DNA of 64,000 bases from Polyangiaceae bacterium (GCA_965222375.1 CBDCTZ010000014.1:832001-896000); one strand, 5' to 3'; numbered from the stretch's first letter, positions 19,305 to 29,131 are shown. Numbers and translations are program-made. The notes: generated from the sequence alone by a model not told the origin.

Positions 19305-21314
19305 ATGAAGGCGTTTTCGGCATTGGTCGGTTTGGTTCTTGCGGGACTGTCCCCGGCGTGTAGCTCCGGAGCCGGGGGAAGCGGCGGAGGTATCGGCGGT
19401 ACTGCGGCCAGCGGCGGCAGTGGTGCCGGTGGGGGCCTCGGTGGTTTTGGTGCATTCGGGGGCAGCGCTGGTCAGGGTGGCGAAGCGGGCGGACCGTCCT
19501 GCAGCGGTATGCCGATCACGACAAGCGGCGTGTTGGACTTCGATGCCAAGAGCGTGCTCGTCGGGGGCAACGTCACGTTGAACGGAGCCGCGTTGCCGGA
19601 TCTCTTCGAGAGCCGTGGGCGCATCGTTTTCGAGGAACTGGACACGGGCAAGAGTGTCGATGTCGATTTGCTCGACTCCGGACCTCTGAGCTACCAGCTT
19701 CGGATTCCGCCGGGTCGCTACACCGTGGAGTACGACGCCAACACCTCCTCGTGTTCGGGTCCGACATTCTCGGTGATGCCGTGCATCGACGGTGAGCTGA
19801 TCGAGGAGCTACAGATCAACAGCGACGGCGCCTTCGACATCGACATTCGCACCGTGAAGGTGCAGGGCAGCGTCGGCATCAACGGCAAGTTGATGCCCGA
19901 CAGCAGCATGGACCGGGGCAACCTGGAATTCCGCCTCCAGTCCGGCGGCGTCGCGCAGACCGTGGATTTTGGGCCTATTGGCGCGGCGGGCTACCAAATC
20001 ACGCTGCTCCCGGGCAGCTACAATGTGGAATGGGACGGTGATTCTTCCCTGTGTAGCAGCGGCCAGGTGTCACCAGTGCCCTGCAACGACGGGATCGTGC
20101 TGAAGGATGTGCAGCTCACAACGGATGGTGAACTACATGTGGATGTACCGACGGTGCGGGTGCAAGGCAGCGTGGGCATCAACGGTCAGGCCATGCCTGC
20201 GGCCAGCGGTGACCGCGGTGCGCTGAGCTTCGATCGGGAAAACGGAAACAGTCTATCCACAAAGAGCTTTGGACCGTCTGGGCCCGCCAACTACACAGCG
20301 ACATTGCTGGCCGGAACCTATGACGTCGAGTGGGAGGGCCAGTCGAATCTGTGTGATGCGGGCGTGACCCCGCCCGTGCCGTGTAACGACGGTGTCGTCA
20401 AGAAGGCCGTACAGCTGACGACGGACGGTGAGTTGCACATTGATGTGCCGGCGGTCCGAGTGCAGGGCGCCGTAGGCGTCAACGGAAAGCTGATGCCCGA
20501 TGCGAGTGGCGACCGGGGTGCCATCGAGTTTCGCTTGGACGGAGGCGGCAGCCTGGCTACGAAGAATTTCGGCCCCGTCGGCGCGGCCAGCTACGCTGTC
20601 ATGTTGCTGGCGGGAACCTACAAAGTGGAGTGGGATGGTCACTCACACAATTGCGACACCGGCGTGCCTTCACCGGTGCCTTGCAACGACGGCATCTTGA
20701 TGAAGGACGTCAAGCTAACCACCGACGGCGAGCTCCACGTGGATGTGCCCGCGGTGCGAGTTCAAGGCACGGTGGGCATCAACGGCAAGGTAATGCCCGA
20801 CGCCACGGGGGATCGCGGCGCCCTCGAATTCGAACGTGAGGGCGGAGGGAGCTTCACCACGAAAACCTTCGGGCCCGTGGGGCCGGCCGGCTACAACACG
20901 ACGCTGCTCGCGGGCAGCTACGAGGTTCAGTGGGATGGTCGTTCTCAGAACTGCCAGGATGGTGCGTCGTCGCCCGTGCCCTGCAACGACGGTCCCGTAA
21001 TGAAGGACGTGCAGCTGACCGTGGACGGGGAGCTGCACGTAGACGTGCCCACGGTGATGATTCAAGGCACGCTGCGCCTCGACGGCGCGCCGCTCCCGAA
21101 CGCCAGCACGGATCGCGGCTCTCTGGACCTGCGTCTGGTCGGGGGCAGTGCCCTATCCACTCGCGCCTTCGATGCCGTCGGCGCCGTGAACTACCAGGCG
21201 ACGCTGATCGCCGGAAACTACGTGGTCACCCACGACTCCCGTTCCGAGCTGTGCCAACCCGGCGGCATATTGAGCGTGCCGTGCTTGGACCAGGTGCTGG
21301 CAGGCTGCCCCTGA
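19305..21314 (+). CDS. Lipoprotein with six tandem 100-aa beta-rich repeats
   Basis: LSPAC lipobox and Gly linker; equivalent repeat positions at 19561, 19861, 20161, 20461, 20761 and 21061 (exact 300-bp period). Confidence 0.85.
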   Translation: MKAFSALVGLVLAGLSPACSSGAGGSGGGIGGTAASGGSGAGGGLGGFGAFGGSAGQGGEAGGPSCSGMPITTSGVLDFDAKSVLVGGNVTLNGAALPDLFESRGRIVFEELDTGKSVDVDLLDSGPLSYQLRIPPGRYTVEYDANTSSCSGPTFSVMPCIDGELIEELQINSDGAFDIDIRTVKVQGSVGINGKLMPDSSMDRGNLEFRLQSGGVAQTVDFGPIGAAGYQITLLPGSYNVEWDGDSSLCSSGQVSPVPCNDGIVLKDVQLTTDGELHVDVPTVRVQGSVGINGQAMPAASGDRGALSFDRENGNSLSTKSFGPSGPANYTATLLAGTYDVEWEGQSNLCDAGVTPPVPCNDGVVKKAVQLTTDGELHIDVPAVRVQGAVGVNGKLMPDASGDRGAIEFRLDGGGSLATKNFGPVGAASYAVMLLAGTYKVEWDGHSHNCDTGVPSPVPCNDGILMKDVKLTTDGELHVDVPAVRVQGTVGINGKVMPDATGDRGALEFEREGGGSFTTKTFGPVGPAGYNTTLLAGSYEVQWDGRSQNCQDGASSPVPCNDGPVMKDVQLTVDGELHVDVPTVMIQGTLRLDGAPLPNASTDRGSLDLRLVGGSALSTRAFDAVGAVNYQATLIAGNYVVTHDSRSELCQPGGILSVPCLDQVLAGCP

Positions 21315-21356
21315 GCCCGGCTTGACCTGCGCTCGGGGCACTGACATATCCCGCCG

Positions 21357-22439
21357 ATGGGTTCGGGCAACGGCGCATCCGCATCACGGCGACTCTGGGT
21401 CGGCGGGGGTACGGGCTTCTTGGGCTCCCACCTCGTGGGCGGGCTACAGGCCCAAGGCCACGACGTCACCGCCGTGAGCCGCTCCGGTGGAAACGTGCAG
21501 GACACGGCCGTGAGCAGCGTGGACATTCTGGACGCTGACGCCGTTGCGAAAAGCGCCAAGGGCGCCGAGGGCGCCTTCTTGTGCACCGGGCTCGTCAGTC
21601 GCGATCCCGACGCTGCAGAGGCCATGCATCGCACCCATGTGGTTGGGACGCGACAGGCGCTCGCGGGGCTGCGGGAAGCGGGCGTGCGGCGCGTGGTGGT
21701 GGCTAGCAGCAGTGGAACCATCGCTATCAGTGAGGATCCGGAGTTCATCGCCACGGAGGACGAGCCCGGATCCATCGAGCAGATCCTGCGTTTCCCGTAC
21801 TACCGCTCGAAGCTCTACGCCGAGCGCGAGGCTCTAGAAGCCAATACCCAGAGCTTCGAGGTCGTCGTGGTCAATCCAAGCTTGCTCCTGGGCCCGGGGG
21901 ATTTGCGCGAGTCGTCGACAATCGACATTCGCCGCTTCTTGGAGCGCGAAATCCCCGCTTCACCAGCTGGCGGTGTTGCGTTCGTCGACGCGCGGGATGC
22001 CGCGCTCGGAATGTGGCAAGCCTTCGAGCGCGGTCTCGCCGGCGAGCGCTATTTGCTCAATGCGAAGAACATGACCGTTCGCGCGATGTTCCAGCGACTC
22101 GAGCGCATGACTGGCGTTCCCGCACCCAAACTGGCTTTGCCCGCGTCGCGAACCGTTTCTCGCGGTGCCCATGCTCTGATGTCCGGCTTGCTCGACAAGA
22201 TCGGCGGCGAGATCCCCGTCGACGAGACCAGCGTCGAGATGGGACAACTGTATTGGTATTGCTCCAGCGAGAAGGCCGAGCGTCAGCTCGGCTTTTCGCC
22301 GCGGGATCCTGGGGAAACCCTGCGTGACACGGTCGATGACCTGATCGCCCGGGGCGCCGCGCACCCTCGGCCCGGTCTTGGTCTTTCGAGCGCAGCGCAA
22401 AAGGCTCTAGACGCCGTACGCAATCGCGCTTTCGGCTGA
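21357..22439 (+). CDS. NAD-dependent epimerase/dehydratase (extended SDR)
   Basis: GGTGFLG, SSS and YYRSK catalytic motifs, VNPSLLLGPGD. Confidence 0.9.
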   Translation: MGSGNGASASRRLWVGGGTGFLGSHLVGGLQAQGHDVTAVSRSGGNVQDTAVSSVDILDADAVAKSAKGAEGAFLCTGLVSRDPDAAEAMHRTHVVGTRQALAGLREAGVRRVVVASSSGTIAISEDPEFIATEDEPGSIEQILRFPYYRSKLYAEREALEANTQSFEVVVVNPSLLLGPGDLRESSTIDIRRFLEREIPASPAGGVAFVDARDAALGMWQAFERGLAGERYLLNAKNMTVRAMFQRLERMTGVPAPKLALPASRTVSRGAHALMSGLLDKIGGEIPVDETSVEMGQLYWYCSSEKAERQLGFSPRDPGETLRDTVDDLIARGAAHPRPGLGLSSAAQKALDAVRNRAFG

Positions 22440-22449
22440 TAGCTAAGCC

Positions 22450-23796
22450 TCAACGCTTGCGCCGGATGACGCCCGGCGGCGGCTCTTTGCGCGGTTGGGC
22501 CGGCGCCGCGGGCTGGGGCTGCGCCGCGGGTCGGGGCGACGCCTTGGCTGAAGTGTCAGCCGCCGCAGCAGCTGGTGGGTCGGCTTCACGCTCAGGAGCA
22601 GGCGCAGCCGCTGGTGCCGCCGGTGGTGGTCCCTTGGGCTTGGGCGCTTCGTCGGGCAGCCCGAGCTGCTTGCGAAATAGATCGCCGAAGCTTCCCAAAG
22701 CTGCCCCGCCAGATCCGCGGCCCCCGCCGAACTCGCGATAGTTCTTGCGCTCTTCGACCCGAGCGACACCCGTTACGGAAAAGCGCATCCGTTCGCCGGC
22801 CTTGACGACTACGACGTTGAGCACTTTGCCGACGGGACAAGCGCGGCGATGATCGGCGCCGGTCGCCAGCCCCAACTCCGACGCCGGTACGAGCCCCTCG
22901 CCGCGGCTTGTGCTGACGATCACGCCGCCGCCCGTGTGTTTGACGACCGTCGCTTCGAGCACTTCGTCCGCCGCAGGCGCCGTGGTGTCGCGCTCCATCA
23001 GCGCTTTCATGCTCAGCCGGACCCGAAGTCCCTTCTCGCCTTGCTCGATGGCCAAGATGCGTACGGAAACGCGATCTCCCTCGCTGACGACGTCGTCGGG
23101 AGAGCCCACACGCTTGTGGGCCAACTCCGATACATGAACGAAACCGTCGAGGCCGCCCAGATCGACGATGGCGCCGTGTTTGTTGGTACCCCGCACGACA
23201 CCTTCCATGTCCGAGCCCGGCGTGAGCGACGCCGCGAGCTTCTCGGCGACCTCTTGTTTCCGAGATTCCAGCAACGCCCGCCGAGACACGACGACGTTGC
23301 GCCCGCCATCTTTGAGTTCGAGGATCAACACTTCGACGTCGCTGCCCACGAAGCCCTCCAGATCGGCCGTGTGTCCCACTTCAACCTGAGATGCCGGGCA
23401 GAAGGCGCGCACACCGCCGATGTCGATCTCCAGGCCGGCCTTGACCGCTTTTGAAACGCGCCCGGAAACGGGCAGCTTGGATTCGAACGCCGTTTCGAGT
23501 TGAGAAATGTCCACGGCCCCGCCGCGCCCGACTGCAAGAGTCAACTGTGGCACGTCAGCTTCCGCGTCCACCACTGTCGCCTTCAAGCGGTCCCCGAGCT
23601 TGACCCGCAACTCGCCCTTCGCGTCTTCCAATTCGCCCCGGTCGATGCAGGCATCCGTCGGCGCACCCACGTCCAGAAAGATGCCTTCACTGCCGATCTG
23701 GATGACCGTGCCTTCCACGACATCACCGTGGCTCAGCCGGCGTTTCTCGCGGCTGTCCCCACCCGCAAACATCGAAGCAAAATCGTCTTGACCCAT
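22450..23796 (-). CDS. S1 RNA-binding domain protein (RpsA-like paralogue, about 4 S1 domains plus Pro-rich tail)
   Basis: DDFASMF start, GDVVEGTV, RAFCPASQV, NVVVSRRALLE, DGFVHVSEL and LSMKAL. Confidence 0.88.
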   Translation of the reverse strand: MGQDDFASMFAGGDSREKRRLSHGDVVEGTVIQIGSEGIFLDVGAPTDACIDRGELEDAKGELRVKLGDRLKATVVDAEADVPQLTLAVGRGGAVDISQLETAFESKLPVSGRVSKAVKAGLEIDIGGVRAFCPASQVEVGHTADLEGFVGSDVEVLILELKDGGRNVVVSRRALLESRKQEVAEKLAASLTPGSDMEGVVRGTNKHGAIVDLGGLDGFVHVSELAHKRVGSPDDVVSEGDRVSVRILAIEQGEKGLRVRLSMKALMERDTTAPAADEVLEATVVKHTGGGVIVSTSRGEGLVPASELGLATGADHRRACPVGKVLNVVVVKAGERMRFSVTGVARVEERKNYREFGGGRGSGGAALGSFGDLFRKQLGLPDEAPKPKGPPPAAPAAAPAPEREADPPAAAAADTSAKASPRPAAQPQPAAPAQPRKEPPPGVIRRKR

Positions 23797-23827
23797 TCTG
23801 GGCCGGAGGATGCCATCGGCCCCCGCG

Positions 23828-24229
23828 CTTTCAAGACATACCGGCGACAATCTGAGAGCAGCGCCAATTCGAGGGCTTTGTCGCACCAGTTTCAGTGCTG
23901 CTGTGGCAACTCTGAATCGGCGCTGCTGCGGGGGCCTGGGTCGCCCCGTTTCAGTGTTGCTGTGGCAACTCTGGATCGGCGCTGCTGCGGGGGCCTGGGT
24001 CGCCCCGTTTCAGTGTTGCTGTGGCAACTTTGGATCGACGCTGCTGCGGGGGCCTGGGTCGCCCCGTTTCAGTGTTGCTGTGGCAACTCTGGATCGGCGC
24101 TGCTGCGGGGGCCTGGGTCGCCCCGTTTCAGTGTTGCTGTGGCAACTCTGGATCGGCGCTGCTGCGGGGGCCTGGGTCGCCCCGTTTCAGTGTTGCTGTG
24201 GCAACTCTGGATCGGCGCTGCTGCGGGGG
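23828..24229. repeat. 59-bp tandem repeat array (1 degenerate, 5 full and 1 partial copy)
   Basis: Unit GTTTCAGTGTTGCTGTGGCAACTCTGGATCGGCGCTGCTGCGGGGGCCTGGGTCGCCCC starts at 23889, 23948, 24007, 24066, 24125 and 24184; a diverged copy lies at 23828-23888. Confidence 0.95.
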
Positions 24230-24408
24230 GATGAGTTAGTTGGTTTGGGTGTCGCATCTCTTTGCGTCTGTGGGCCACTACTCTCGAGCGAGGCCACGAT
24301 TCTCGTCCCATGAGGAAGGTGCGACTGCGTGCGGGCGGGCCAGAGGCGTTTCGTTGGGGACCAGCACAGCTCTGTTGCCATCCAAAACCCAGACTCTGGC
24401 CAGGTATG

Positions 24409-25320
24409 CTACTCGCCTTCTCGGTAGACAGCTTGAGCGGCGGTAATGGCAGTGACGTGAAGGATGGCGACGACGCTGGCGCCCTGTTGCAGCACGTTCA
24501 CGGGGCGGTTCATGCCCAATACGATGGGACCAACGACCTCAGCGCCGCCCGCGGAGGCGAGCAACTTGTAGGCGATGTTTCCTGAGTGCAGCTCGGGAAG
24601 ATGAGCACGTTGGCAGCGCCCTTCAGGGACGAGAAGGGATACAGAGCGCGGGCGCTCTCATCCAGGGCGACGTTGGCCTGAATTTCGCCGTCGACAATCA
24701 GATCGGGTCGGCGCTCTTTCACCAAGGTGGTCGCCCTTGCGACTTTTTGCGAGAAGGGGTGGGGTGCGTCGCCGAAGTTGGAAAAGCTGAGCATGGCGAC
24801 TCGGGGCGAGAGTCCGAGATCCTTCGCCGCGTCGGCGGCAAGGATGGCGATTTCCGCTAGCGTCTCCGCGTCGGGATCGATGTTGATGGTCGTGTCCGCG
24901 AGGATTTTCACGCAATGATCTGCAAGGCTGGGCGAATCGTGGCTGGATATTCTTGGCCATAACCCGCGACGAAGCCGTCGGCGTGGCCCTGATCGAGCAT
25001 CATCAAGCCGAAGGCGGTGCGGGAACGGCGCATCGTCTTGACAGCATCCAACTCCGCGGGCGGCTTTGGCCACGTCTTAGGGCACCTCCGGGTCTGGGTT
25101 TGCCAAAGGCGAAGATAATTGGCTTGTTGGCCATCGTCTTGAGCATGTCCTGGGTGACGAGGTTTCCTGCGGAAAGCCCGATCAACACGTCGGCGTCGAC
25201 ACCGGGTGAGTAGGCGAGGGAGAGGTCGAGTTGAGACGCGACCGGTTTCGTCGAGGCAACCTCGATTTTTCCCGGGCGACCGAGGGAGTGGTACAGCAGG
25301 GCGTTTTCGTCGCGACTCAT
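24409..25320 (-). pseudogene. maeB: NADP-dependent malic enzyme/phosphotransacetylase fusion remnant
   Basis: MSRDENALLYH..PGKIEV..LSLAYSPGV, DVLIGLS, PIIFA(L)ANPDPEV, ADTTINIDP, RVAMLSFSNFG, DGEIQA and GNIAYKLL are all present, in order, within 912 bp, with deletions, frameshifts and a stop. Confidence 0.9.
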
Positions 25321-25384
25321 GCTCGCGTTGTAGGCGAAGCCCAGAGAAGAGCGGAAGAAGTTGCGGCGACCCTCGATAGTTCCC

Positions 25385-25717
25385 ATGTTTAGGAGCATGA
25401 AGCGACTCGCCGGCATCGGGCTGGCCACTGCGTTGTGCGCATCTCTGAGCCTGGCCCAGGACAAAGCACCGAAAAAGCCCCTACCCGAGTGCGTGAGCGT
25501 CGAAGCGTTCGCTCGCTATGGCGCCTACGGATACGACCATGTCGTGACGGTGCACAACGGCTGCGACAAGGCGGCTCAGTGCGAAGTGTCGACGGACGTC
25601 GCGCCGAAGGTCATTTCGCTTTCGGTTCGCGCGCACGCGTCCGAGAGCGTGGTGACTTACCGTGGCTCACCCGCCTATGAGTTCTCGGCAAAGGTGCGCT
25701 GCCGCTTGGTGGACTAG
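25385..25717 (+). CDS. Hypothetical secreted protein
   Basis: Signal peptide and a 4-Cys beta-rich domain (GYDHVVTVHNGC). Confidence 0.7.
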   Translation: MFRSMKRLAGIGLATALCASLSLAQDKAPKKPLPECVSVEAFARYGAYGYDHVVTVHNGCDKAAQCEVSTDVAPKVISLSVRAHASESVVTYRGSPAYEFSAKVRCRLVD

Positions 25718-25719
25718 CG

Positions 25720-25929
25720 CTAAGGCTGCTTGGCTTCTTCGTTGGCCGAGAAGCCCTTCTTGGAGTGCTGTCCATCGCAGAAGGGGCGGTTTTCCGAAAA
25801 ACCGCAGCGGCAGAGCGCAACGTTCTTTCCCTCGGGGATCTCGATGTTCTTGCCCGTGGGGTCGGTGATGGTCAGTGGGCCTTGCAGCAAGTAGGGCCCG
25901 TTGGGGGCGCACTTCACGGTCGTCGACAT
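25720..25929 (-). CDS. CDGSH iron-sulfur domain protein
   Basis: NGPYLL..ALCRCGFSENRPFCDGQH motif. Confidence 0.92.
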   Translation of the reverse strand: MSTTVKCAPNGPYLLQGPLTITDPTGKNIEIPEGKNVALCRCGFSENRPFCDGQHSKKGFSANEEAKQP

Positions 25930-25984
25930 GACTCGTCAGATAGAGCCCATCTGCGGAGCTGCAAAGCCCCGCTGCTCATTCGGG

Positions 25985-27727
25985 CTATTTCATGCTGGTT
26001 TTTCGTGCCTTTCTGCGGAGTAGCGCCGCCGCGAGGAATAGCCCGGCCACCAAGCCGTGACCGGTGTCCCGCCCCGGCAGGCTGCACCCGCAACCTCCAG
26101 CACTACTCTGAGTGTCGTTGGCAAAGTCGGTCGACGGTGGCGGGCGCAAGGTGCCCAGGGTCTGGTCGATCTTGCTGCGGTTGTCCACGAGTACGATGTG
26201 CTCGCCGGACTCCGTGTACTCCTCGATGGTTTCGGCCCAGGGCATGTCGCTGGGCAAGGAGGGTGACGTGCCCATGCCGCCGCCGTGCACTTCGCGCCCA
26301 TCCGCAAGCCGGGTCAGCCAATTGCCATCGCACTGCTGCACCTGCGTTGCCGTGCGGCTGTTGCTCACATCAGCCAGGGGCTCGGCCCACTCTTCGAACA
26401 TGGGGTCGGCGGTCATCTCCGACGGGGAGATCCGGGTGAGCATTCGCGTCAGGTACGGATACAGCCCCAGCACCGTATCTGCGCGCTTGCCTGGCTCGGC
26501 GATCATCGCAGCGAAATCCGCGTCAAAGCCGGCAGGGTCCCAGGGTAAGGGGTCGCTAGCGGATTCGTAGCAGCTGACGCAGGCGTAGAACTCTTCGGGC
26601 TGCACGCCCGTGGGTGGCGGCAGGTAACGATCGAGCAGTGCGAAGATGAGCGGGTGCGGTGACGAGCAATTGCTGGCGGAGGTGCACGCCAAAAGGCCCA
26701 TGGATGTGAGTTGGGTCGTCACGCTGGTTGCGGTTGCGGTCGAAAAATCCGCGTTGGACCAGCCTGGACTGTAGATACCTGCTCGCTGCGTGACGGAACT
26801 GGGGCCGGCGTACTCGGTCACGAAGGCCTGCCCGTTGGCCACGGGGCTGTCCACGGCGCGAGAAACGGCCAAGTTGTAGTTGGTGCCCAAGTTCCGGAAG
26901 TCCAACTGGGCCGGGTTCAGCGTGACGTGTTTGTAGTTCGTGGGTACGACGCGGCGCTTGCCCAGGAAGAACACTCGCACGGCCATGTCGTCTGCTGCGG
27001 CGATTGCGGTCAGCTTCAGCGGCACGCAGGGTTCGTCGCCCTGGTAGCGCAGGACCAGCGGGTGGATCTCATCGGTGCCCGCGGCGGGCCGCAGCTTGAT
27101 GGCGACGAATTCGTAGCCGCGGTTGACGTAGTCGGCGACGATGGGCACGGCATCCCCGGCGTCTGCATCGAAGCCGTTGTTTTCGAGCCAATCCACCATG
27201 CCCTGGGCCGAAGTGGGTTGCAGCACCACGGCTTCGAAGGCGCCCACGGATTGGCGCAGCCGGATCTGGGGTGCCTCGCTCTCCGGGTTACCTCCGCCAT
27301 TCGGGGCGAAGCTGGCGCTGCCGCCGCTGTCGTCCGAGGACATGCCGCAGCCGGCGCTACTCGATGAGTTGCCCTCGCTGTCGCAGAAATCGAACTGGGT
27401 GTTCAGGGTGAAGGACGGGACCGTCGCGTTGAGCAGATTGACGAACATCGGCTGAGAGCCGACGCTCAATTCGGGGGTTTTTGGCACGGGGATCACCCAG
27501 GCGAAACGCTCCGGGTCGCCGCTGTATTGGATTTGGATGTGCGCCTCGACCCATCCATCAGCCATCACGAACACGACGTTTTCGCCGGTCTGATCCACGG
27601 GCATCGGCGCTTGGCCTGGACCCGGGTTGTCGCAAAATGTCCCACCGCAGGCGTGGGCCGGCGCAGAAACCAAACTGAGCGACAAGCTCGCCAGCGCGAG
27701 CACGCAGCTCCGCCCTATCCACCGCAT
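25985..27727 (-). CDS. DUF2330-like exported protein with MYXO-CTERM-type sorting signal
   Basis: Signal peptide then CGGTFC, FAWVIPVP and PCVPLKLTAIAA; C-terminal GCGCSLPG + TM + RRKAR; GGAGG RBS before the ATG at 27727. Confidence 0.85.
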   Translation of the reverse strand: MRWIGRSCVLALASLSLSLVSAPAHACGGTFCDNPGPGQAPMPVDQTGENVVFVMADGWVEAHIQIQYSGDPERFAWVIPVPKTPELSVGSQPMFVNLLNATVPSFTLNTQFDFCDSEGNSSSSAGCGMSSDDSGGSASFAPNGGGNPESEAPQIRLRQSVGAFEAVVLQPTSAQGMVDWLENNGFDADAGDAVPIVADYVNRGYEFVAIKLRPAAGTDEIHPLVLRYQGDEPCVPLKLTAIAAADDMAVRVFFLGKRRVVPTNYKHVTLNPAQLDFRNLGTNYNLAVSRAVDSPVANGQAFVTEYAGPSSVTQRAGIYSPGWSNADFSTATATSVTTQLTSMGLLACTSASNCSSPHPLIFALLDRYLPPPTGVQPEEFYACVSCYESASDPLPWDPAGFDADFAAMIAEPGKRADTVLGLYPYLTRMLTRISPSEMTADPMFEEWAEPLADVSNSRTATQVQQCDGNWLTRLADGREVHGGGMGTSPSLPSDMPWAETIEEYTESGEHIVLVDNRSKIDQTLGTLRPPPSTDFANDTQSSAGGCGCSLPGRDTGHGLVAGLFLAAALLRRKARKTSMK

Positions 27728-27790
27728 GTGAACCTCCAAACGCCACCTCAGCCACCCCGGGCGGCAAGCAAAGTTAAGTGCGCTGTACTA

Positions 27791-27806
27791 AGCAACTAGC
27801 GCGCCA
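27791..27806 (-). promoter_or_regulatory. Candidate sigma54 -24/-12 promoter
   Basis: Minus-strand TGGCGCGCTAGTTGCT, 63 nt upstream of the DUF2330-like start; AT-rich tract further upstream. Confidence 0.65.
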
Positions 27807-27950
27807 CGCTTGTATTCAATGTTTTTCGCGCGAAGTGTGCCGCGTGCTCACGGTTTGGCCTGGCATCCGAGTCACACGTGGCAAGTTCCGAACACGCCCG
27901 ACAGCTCGCCGGCTCTCGACGATGTGTCGCTAGGGCCCTAGGCTGGGCGC

Positions 27951-29033
27951 ATGGCGGACCCGACGGAGCCTCTGAGTGTCGAGTTGCAGCGCATGGCGTT
28001 GCGCGCGGTCCGCTCCCATTTCCATGATCTGAACAGCAGCTTCTTCAACGGATCGCTGCGGCCGCCGGTCTTCGCCTGGTCCGACGCCAGCGGCCGCCTG
28101 GGTCGCTGGGTCGGCGAGGAGCGCACCCTTGAGCTGTCTCGAGCGCTGCTCACGGATCACGAGTGGGGCGTGCTGGTCGAGGTGCTGAAGCACGAAATGG
28201 CGCACCAATTCGTGGATGAGACCCTGGGTTTCACCGGCGAAAGGGACCACGGACCAGCCTTCGCCCGGGTTTGCCAGGAGCGGGGCTTCGACGCGCGCGC
28301 AAGCGGTGTGCCAGCCGCGCAGCCCCTGGATGGCGAGCGAGCGCGTGTCCTTTCCCGCGTTGGCAAGCTCCTCGCCCTGGCGGGCAGCCCGAACCTGAAC
28401 GAGGCCCAGGCCGCCATGGGCGCCGCTCAGCGTCTGATGCTGAAGCACAACATCGATTGGGCCGAGCGCGGCGGCAGCGCCTACCGCTACAAACATCTGG
28501 GCAAACCCACCGGGCGCGTGTTCGAAGACAAGCGCATCCTGGCCGTGATTCTCGGGGAGCACTTCTTCGTGGAAGCGATTTGGGTGCCGGTTTGGCGACC
28601 CCGGGCAGCTAAACGGGGCCAAGTGTTGGAAGTCTGCGGCACCCAAGAGAATGTCGAATTGGCGAGCTATGTCTACGACTATCTGTGTCGCACCGGGGGC
28701 TTGCTATGGCTCGACCACAAGCGAGTGCACCACATCGTCAGCAATCGTGAGCGGCTGACGTATCTCGCAGGCGTGATGGCGGGCTTTCGCGACAAGCTCA
28801 AGGCTCAACGAACGAAGAACCGCGAGCAAGGGTTGGTCTGGGTCGGCGACCCCGAGCTGTCGGGCTTTCTCAAGTCGCGTCACCCGCACACGCGCTGGGC
28901 TCACTATCGCGGTTCTTCCCGCACCGAGACCTATGGTCATGGTCGCAAAGCAGGCCGCGAGATCGTTCTGTCTCGGGGCATGAGTACTGGGCCCACAGGC
29001 GGCACCAAGTTACTGCGCGGTCGGCGCGGATGA
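27951..29033 (+). CDS. SprT-like zinc metallopeptidase domain fused to DUF2786
   Basis: LKHEMAHQF and DHGPAF (SprT-like); RVGKLLALAGSPNLNEAQAAMGAAQRLMLKHNI (DUF2786-like). Confidence 0.85.
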   Translation: MADPTEPLSVELQRMALRAVRSHFHDLNSSFFNGSLRPPVFAWSDASGRLGRWVGEERTLELSRALLTDHEWGVLVEVLKHEMAHQFVDETLGFTGERDHGPAFARVCQERGFDARASGVPAAQPLDGERARVLSRVGKLLALAGSPNLNEAQAAMGAAQRLMLKHNIDWAERGGSAYRYKHLGKPTGRVFEDKRILAVILGEHFFVEAIWVPVWRPRAAKRGQVLEVCGTQENVELASYVYDYLCRTGGLLWLDHKRVHHIVSNRERLTYLAGVMAGFRDKLKAQRTKNREQGLVWVGDPELSGFLKSRHPHTRWAHYRGSSRTETYGHGRKAGREIVLSRGMSTGPTGGTKLLRGRRG

Positions 29034-29131
29034 ATGTGGTGAGCCCCTTTCGCAGCGCCATTGGGGAAGCACCGCAAAAGAGGCGCTTTTTCCGAATGCC
29101 TCGACGTTCGGGGCCGGCGCGATGACAATGG

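Noticed and set aside
23889..24229. CRISPR array (units begin GTTTCAG, i.e. end CTGAAAC on the minus strand)
   Set aside because: The whole 59-bp unit repeats, with no unique spacers, and no cas genes are in the window.
23500..24313. ORFs with repeated FQCCCGN / VSVLLWQLWIG motifs
   Set aside because: They are translations of the 59-bp repeat cycling through frames and overlap the S1 gene antisense.
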